Source: Octopus vulgaris
Lineage: Eukaryota
Assembly (NCBI GenBank): GCA_951406725.2
Contig: OX597816.1
Coordinates: forward strand, 107,942,001-108,006,000
Length of the DNA: 64,000 nucleotides
Direction of reading: 5' to 3'
The notes under the pieces: generated by a model
The model's input: only the letters and a program-made list of their open reading frames with translations
The model's database searches: none
Told to the model about the DNA's origin: nothing
Made by a program: the position numbers and the translations under genes
Shown: positions 58,174 to 64,000 of the stretch, piece after piece
Layout of the letters: the number at the start of each line of letters is the position of its first letter
Numbering within the stretch: the first letter of the stretch is position 1

Positions 58174-58390
58174 GTACTTGTTTCAGTCATTTGACTGCGG
58201 CCATGCTGGAGCACCGCCTTTAGAGTGGTGAAAGAGTACAGCAGGGATCACCACCACCCCCTGCCGGAGCCTCGTGGAGCTTTTAGGTGTTTTCGCTCAA
58301 TAAACACACACAACGCCCGGTCTGGGAATCGAAACCGCGATCCTCCGACCGCAAGTCCGCTGCCCTAACCACTGGGCCATTGCGCCTCCA
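58174..58390 (-). mobile_element. tRNA-derived SINE (distinct head) with LINE-B-like 3' tail and poly-A
   Basis: GGAGGCGCAATGGCCCAGTGGTTAGGGC A-box; GGTTTCGATTCCC B-box. Tail GGCGGTGCTCCAGCATGGCCGCAGTCAAATGACTGAAAC at 58180-58218, then an A-run. Confidence 0.8.
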
Positions 58391-58391
58391 C

Positions 58392-58432
<41 letters not shown>

Positions 58433-58459
58433 TCATATATATATGTAAATATATATACG

Positions 58460-58498
<39 letters not shown>

Positions 58499-58591
58499 AT
58501 ATATATATATACATTAGTGAGAAAGATACATACATTCATACTTATACTTACATATCTATGTATATATATACTTACACTATATTTAAATACC

Positions 58592-58634
<43 letters not shown>

Positions 58635-59883
58635 CATATACATTACACACACAGATAAACATATATACTCACCACACACGTACGTGCACGCACAAAAACA
58701 CACACACATGCTCTGAAGTACTTCCTAATATGTAATACAGAACAAGTAGATTGCTTAGCTAGGTATGTAATTAGGGGGTTGCTATATCTATCGTTAGTCA
58801 GATTGCTAGGTTGTTCTAGTTTATCGAAAGTGATTCTCCACGTATTCTTTTATCGTAAAGAATCGATTTTTCAAAGCTCGAAATGTGTGCAGGGAACATT
58901 TGACTTTTCCTACTCATACACAAAAATACGTTTCAATCCAACAAATAATAAATTGAAACGTAAAGCTACAGCAAGAATATAAAACCCTTGATCAAGCGTA
59001 GCACCCCAAGTCAATTCGTGTTCTTATTTTATATATTTTTATATTTTCGAGAAGAAAATTATCTGCTATCAAAAGATTAGAAAACAATGGTGTCAGACGC
59101 AGCTTCTCAAAATCCCGTCGATAGTGAAAACATGACTATTTCCGCGTTTCAGTTTATTAGAGCGCTCTTTTGTTCTTGTCGCCATTGCTGCTGTCACACA
59201 ACAAACCGAAAGTGAAAAAGAATTATTGAATTTAACTTAAATTTTGTTTTAAAAAAAGGTTCTATTATATCTTTCAAGGGCATTGATTAACGGATATTCA
59301 AGTGAACAATTCGTATTCATATAATAAAACATCTATTATTAAAGCTGACAGAATTCGAATGCTGCTAGCGGGTAAGTTGTTGGAGGAAGAAAAGAAAAAC
59401 AAAACAAATTATGTTTCTATGTTAAAAACAGAAGTTTTCTGCTCTCAAACGAATAAACCAGTAACCTTTCCTGCTTAATCCAGTTTTATCTACTCACGTG
59501 ATTACTATATTTACTATAAGTCATGGTAGTACAATTTTACAGCACGTTTACAAACATTTGAGATACCTAAGAAATAATTAGTTATTAATGCCGCTTAATG
59601 ATATCGGTAGCATTAAATAGAATTTAAGATAGTACTTTTTCGGTAAAGTATATTACAGGTTATCTCTCTTTTGTTTGTTACTTGATGAACAACTTTCGAA
59701 TCTAGATTCGGAAAACGACGGGTGGGAGTTGGGGAATAGAGAAAACAAAAGGATTAATCACTTCCGAAAACAACAGAGTGTTTAATAGCTTGACGAAAGG
59801 GAGAGTGATAAACAGATAAGAAAAGTGGAGAAAAGCAGTGTGCACGTCTATGGAGGCACGTGTATCTGAGTGTGTGCGTGTAG

Positions 59884-59929
<46 letters not shown>

Positions 59930-60232
59930 GGGAGAAAGAAAGAGTTAAAGCGAGAGATAGGGAAAAAGATAGACGGAGAAAGTGAGAGAGAGATCATGCT
60001 TTTAATATAATATCACAACCTACGAAGTATGCTTTACGTCAAAAATCTCATTCGTTATTTTAACGAATAATACTTTAAGACACTGTTACAATAGTTCACA
60101 AATGCAGTTAATTTTAAAGTCTCCGTCACACTATAATCTCCATCATAAGTATGTCTATAGGTGTGTTTTTCTATACATATATATACACATATGTATATGC
60201 ATACTCAAGTTTATATATATATATATATATAA

Positions 60233-60470
60233 AATGAATGTTTCCTTCTCGAGCCCTGCAAGCCTCATGAGGGCCGGTTTCAATGGCGTATAAATTCCCC
60301 AACTGGATGGGACGCCGGTCCGTCGCAGAATTATTCATTTCTGCCAGCTGAGTGGACTGGAGCGACGTGAAATGAAGTGTTTTGCTCTATAACACAACGC
60401 GTCGCGTGGTTCAGGAATTGAAATCACAAAGTTACGATCATGACCTCAACACCACTAAGCCACGCGCCTC
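60233..60470 (-). mobile_element. tRNA/CORE/V-like SINE, same family as 1-213
   Basis: Aligns with 1-213 (GGTTTCAATGGCGTA...CAGCTGAGTGGACTGGAGC...CACTAAGCCACGCGCCTCC). Confidence 0.78.
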
Positions 60471-60485
60471 CTTTATCTATCTATC

Positions 60486-60536
<51 letters not shown>

Positions 60537-60791
60537 TGGTCGATGTAGGTATACACATATATGTATTGAGAGAGAATGAGAGAGACACACACATATATAT
60601 ATATATAAACACACATAGATATTCAGATATCAAGATTTGCTTTAAACTGAAGAATTACTCAATTCCCTTTTAGTCGAGTCCATCTAAATTATTTAAATTT
60701 TACAAAGGCAGAAGTTGACAGTCACTTGGAGATTTCGGCTCGCTCGCCTTCAAGAGACTGAAACTGATCTGTATGTGTTTGTGTATGTTTG

Positions 60792-60831
<40 letters not shown>

Positions 60832-61199
60832 CGTGTGTGTGTGTGTTTATACACACATAAATATCTGAAAATTGACAATGAATTGTCAAGACCGCATACA
60901 ACGAGTGGTGACAATGACTTAACCTCGAACTGCTAGCTTTCATTGAAAGTAATTCTTTCAAATTTTGACGCAAGGCCAGAAAACGTTTGTGAGGAGTGTA
61001 TGTCTATTCTTTTGAACCTCGATGCTCAACCGATCACGATAGCATGACAGTTATTTCAGAACGTAGAGAGTCGGATGAAATACTGACCAGCAATTTTGTC
61101 TGGCGGTGCTAGCGAATCTGCCAGGTTGTCGCGTTATGCTAAAGTATGGAGAAATCAGCCAGTTCAATTTTAAACCCTTTTTAGCGTAACTCGACATAT

Positions 61200-61720
61200 A
61201 AACAATTTGGGGGGAGGGGCCAGTCGATTAGATTGACCCCAGTACGTAACTGGTGCTTAACTTATCGAGCTAAGTAAGCATTTCGCCCGGCATGCTAACG
61301 TTTCTAATTTTTTTATTGCCCACAAGTGGCTAAACATAGAGGAGACAAACAAAGGCAGACAAAGGGATTAAGTCGATTCCATCAATCCCAGTGCGCAACT
61401 GGTAATTAATTTATCGACCCCGAAAGGATGAAAGGCAAAGTCGACCTCGGTGGAATTTGAACTCGGAACGTAAAGACAGACGAAATACCTATTTCTTTAC
61501 TACCCACAAGGGGCTAAACATAGAGTGGACAAACAAGGACAGACAAACGGATTAAGTCGATTACTTGACCCCAGTGCGTAACTGGTACTTAATTTATCGA
61601 CCCTGAAAGGATGAAAGGCAAAGTCGACCTCTGCGGAATTTGAACTCAGAACGTAAAGGCAGACGAAATACAGCGAAGCATTTCGCTCGCCGTGCTAACG
61701 TTTCTGCCAGCTCGCCACCT
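61200..61720 (-). mobile_element. Meta-like SINE multimer
   Basis: Head at 61720. Body module repeated at ~61490-61670 and ~61310-61489, with a further fragment to 61200. Confidence 0.85.
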
Positions 61721-61741
61721 TCATATGAACAAATATTAATA

Positions 61742-61897
61742 TAAGAGATGATGCTGAAAAGTTCAACATATCCCCCTTTCAGATTCACAAATTTATTGCA
61801 GCATTACTTCAGTTTTTCTAAGCCCTGTAAAAAGTTAAACCTCCATCCAGGTCTTTCGCGATACCTTTAAAACCAGCAACTTTTCAGCACCCCCTGC
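61742..61897 (-). mobile_element. internally deleted mariner (MITE-like)
   Basis: Inverted ends TGCTGAAAAGTT / AACTTTTCAGCA. Minus strand encodes NKFVNLKGGYVE (cf. mariner C-terminus KCVELKGDYVE). Confidence 0.65.
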
Positions 61898-62003
61898 TAT
61901 ATATAAATGTCTGTATGTCGTTGGATTGCGTGTTCTGTCCTTTCTTCTTTGTTAACTTCCTTTTCCTTTTCTTTCTTTTCTACTCTAAGCCTCTTCCTCA
62001 AAC

Positions 62004-62004
<1 letters not shown>

Positions 62005-62035
<31 letters not shown>

Positions 62036-62121
62036 CTTCTTCTTCTTCTTCTTCTTTTTCTTTTTCTTCTTCTTCTTCTTCTTCTTTTTTGTTGTTGTTG
62101 TTGTTCTTCTTCTTCTTCTTC
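62005..62121. repeat. (TTC)n/(TTG)n microsatellite
   Basis: Read directly. Confidence 0.95.
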
Positions 62122-63044
62122 ACCTCTATAAATCAAGAAACCATGTAGATGTAAGGGAACTGAGAAAGATTGTTTTGAGGGCGTGGCAAAGGCTCTCCCC
62201 CAAAATGGAAGGTTTGAAACTAGAAATAAATATGTTCAAACATCAAAACTAAGAACAAAGACAACAGAAAAATAAGCGACAGAGCCAAAATCACTTGTAA
62301 GTTATAACTTGTAATCTCCGTCCGGTTTCGAGCAAGGTGGATAATCTGTCTCTTTGTTCATCATGATTCCTGCTATTGTTAAGCTAATAAGAATAACCAT
62401 TATATTTTTTAATTATTTTACTTGTTTCAATCATCTGACTGTAGCCATGCTGGACACCAACTTTAGTCGAGTAAATCGTCCCCAGAGTTTATTCTGTGTA
62501 AGTCTAGTACTTATTCTAGCGACTATTTTGCCGAACCGCTAAGTTGTCCAAGTAAAATTTTAAAAATAAATTAAAATACCTCATTGCGACAATCTAAGAA
62601 GAATTGAAAGTGCTATGACATTATTCTCTGGGCGAAGACAGAAATGATATGCAGGGATTTATATGTGGAAGAAAGTAGAAGCCATAGTTACAGATTTTGG
62701 TTTGAGAGCTATATCAATCATTTAGAGAGTGCTGAAGTTAAGACCAAGATACTATAACAGATGAGGCACGCGGGTGTTTAATGTCATTAAAATAAAACAC
62801 AAGTTATATAACATAACATTTATTCAAGCAGCACCAAAATAATCTACTGAATTCCTGGATGAGCCAACATCACGGCAAAAGGGCAAGTGAAGCCAGCAGT
62901 TTCAAAGGCTTTCCTTTGGAATTAGCATCGAAGAAACAGTAGAAACAGTAACAATAGAACAGAAATATACTCCAAAATAGCCACAGCTAATAAGCTAACA
63001 AAATTTATACATATATATGTATGCATGTATATTTTATTGTGTAT

Positions 63045-63082
<38 letters not shown>

Positions 63083-63647
63083 GCACACACACATATACAC
63101 ACAAGCATTTATATGCATGTAAAGAATCTGGCTGGATAGTTGGACGCATGGATGCACGCATATATGATTATGTTTTCTACCGTGTGTGAACGAATTTCCA
63201 TATACGGAAAAATCTATGCAGATAGAAAATATACCTGGGTACACACATCAAGTTAAGCATGTAAGCAGTTACGTAAATACATATGGCTTTCTGCTTTAAG
63301 ATATCAAATAGTACGTAGCATTGATCTCTATAATGGCGTAGTCATATGACGTTTGTCTTATATGGACACCGACACATATGTTTATATATTTGTGCGTATG
63401 TGTGTGTGTTTGTGTGTGAGCGAGTGTCTGTATGTTTGCATTGGTAGGTGTGTATGTAAGTTTATGCAATAACAGTACGAATAGATCCATTCAAAAACTA
63501 TATGTTGCCGGAGGCAAATACATATACGTACATGAGAGACAAATGCAACAAACACATACACAAACACACACACTGACATGCATACAAACGTACATAATTA
63601 TACATATATACCAGCACATAAACAACATTATATAAACAGAATAACTC

Positions 63648-63694
<47 letters not shown>

Positions 63695-63781
63695 TATTAG
63701 AGACAAAACCACTATTTTGCAAAACAAACAAGGAAAGACTTAATCAATACATAAAATTTTAATAAATAGTCAAAAAAACCG

Positions 63782-63821
63782 CCACTATTATTTCTTGTCT
63801 TGATCGACAATCTTCAGGTGG
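63782..63821 (-). ncRNA. minimal hammerhead-like motif in a ~165-bp fragment embedded in (TA)n (63688-63855)
   Basis: CCAC-CTGAAGA-TTGTC-gatcaa-GACAA-GAAA-taa-TA-GTGG. Perfect helix I (4 bp) and helix II (5 bp); helix III vestigial. Confidence 0.6.
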
Positions 63822-63872
63822 ACTTCCAATATATCAGTTTCAAATTATGAAGTGATATATATATATATATAT

Positions 63873-64000
63873 AGGCGCAGGCATGGCTGTATGGTAAAAA
63901 GCTTACTTCCTAGCCACATGGTTCCTGGTTCAGTAACACTGCGTGGCACCTTAGGCAACTGTCTTCTAGTATAGCTTCGGGTCCACCAAAGCTTTGTGAG
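63873..64000 (+). mobile_element. tRNA-derived SINE head (same family as 2722), runs off the window edge
   Basis: GGCGCAGGCATGGCTGTATGGTAA...GGTTCCTGGTTCAG..CACTGCGTGGCACCTT.GGCAA. Confidence 0.75.

Overview
AT-rich eukaryotic repeat DNA with no recognisable host protein-coding exon. The SINE/LINE repertoire and very large (TA)n/(TAA)n arrays suggest a coleoid cephalopod such as Octopus (inference). Nearly all long '[12 protein letters not shown]' ORFs in the track are microsatellite artefacts. Real content: (i) a ~16-kb (TA)n domain (6.55-22.7 kb) hosting two uninterrupted but 5'-truncated CR1-group LINEs, a 100-bp LINE 3' stub, and a 3.8-kb array of near-identical 534-bp units that flips orientation at 17369; (ii) R4/Dong-type LINEs stacked in (TAA)n repeats; (iii) many tRNA-derived SINEs and mariner/Tc1 relics. 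Main discovery: every complete 534-bp unit encodes a type I hammerhead ribozyme (7 copies: 4 on -, 3 on +) with a long helix II and a palindromic minimal helix III. This looks like a non-coding, retrozyme- or Penelope-pLTR-like element predicted to release 534-nt self-cleaved, possibly circular, RNAs. About five further, unrelated, degenerate hammerhead-like motifs occur elsewhere. A conserved 3' stem-loop is shared between the two LINE families and two SINE families. All alignments and folds were done by eye, and the palindrome could be partly an assembly artefact.
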